The notes under the pieces are model-generated. The model did no database searches and was not told the DNA's origin. It saw only the letters and a list, made by a program, of their open reading frames with translations. Shown here piece after piece: positions 63,757 to 64,000 of a stretch of DNA of 64,000 nucleotides. A program made the position numbers and the translations under genes. Origin of the DNA: Pseudogymnoascus verrucosus (taxonomy: Eukaryota); the NCBI GenBank assembly GCA_001662655.1, contig KV460237.1; one strand, 5' to 3'. Within the stretch, counting starts at the first letter, position 1. Each line of letters begins with the position of its first letter.

Positions 63757-64000
63757 CTAGTATCTCTTTCCCTCGCGCAGAACATCTCCGAACTCATCAA
63801 GAGGAGAGCGGACAAGCGCAGTCTCCTTCCACAGATCCGGGGTCAGGTAACCGTAGGTGTTGCCAACAGCAACGAAGGTAGCCTTGAGGGTGTTCTCGAG
63901 GGTCTTGGTGGAGCCAGCGGACGAGGTGTAGATATCCTCAACACCAGCAAGTTGTAGGAGACGCTTGACGGCGGGGGAGGCGACGAGACCGGTACCGCGG
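63757..64000 (-). CDS. RPS2: 40S ribosomal protein S2 (uS5), 3' end; gene continues beyond the window
   Basis: RGTGLVASPAVKRLLQLAGVEDIYTSSAGSTKTLENTLKATFVAVGNTYGYLTPDLWKE...EGKRY*. Confidence 0.97.
   Translation of the reverse strand, partial: RGTGLVASPAVKRLLQLAGVEDIYTSSAGSTKTLENTLKATFVAVGNTYGYLTPDLWKETALVRSPLDEFGDVLREGKRY

Overview
Eukaryotic DNA from a filamentous ascomycete (short GT-AG introns with CTAAC branch points, RIP-like mutation in repeats; Leotiomycete-like is inference only). Bases 1-4.4 kb are a nested, RIP-damaged transposon block: a Mutator-like (MULE) transposase relic interrupted by a Fot1/pogo element and a MITE, plus a second truncated pogo element and two more MITEs. 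Bases 4.8-38.8 kb are mostly gene-dense housekeeping DNA: GPI14, Trax, BolA, an ACSF3-like acyl-CoA synthetase, eIF4E, SYM1, a TPP1/Est3-like protein, FAB1, PPZ1, SUR7/PalI, an E(z)/KMT6-like methyltransferase, an RPEL protein, DNA polymerase kappa and an ER FKBP. Bases 38.8-64 kb are gene-sparse: a small S/T/Y-rich orphan, a stand-alone HeLo-like protein, ADY2, a G1-type cyclin with a long leader, an unknown protein and the 3' end of RPS2. The two most notable unexplained signals are a ~570-nt candidate structured ncRNA at 50.6-51.2 kb and a HET-s-like two-repeat amyloid motif in the HeLo-like protein. Family calls come from motif recognition by eye; no searches were run.
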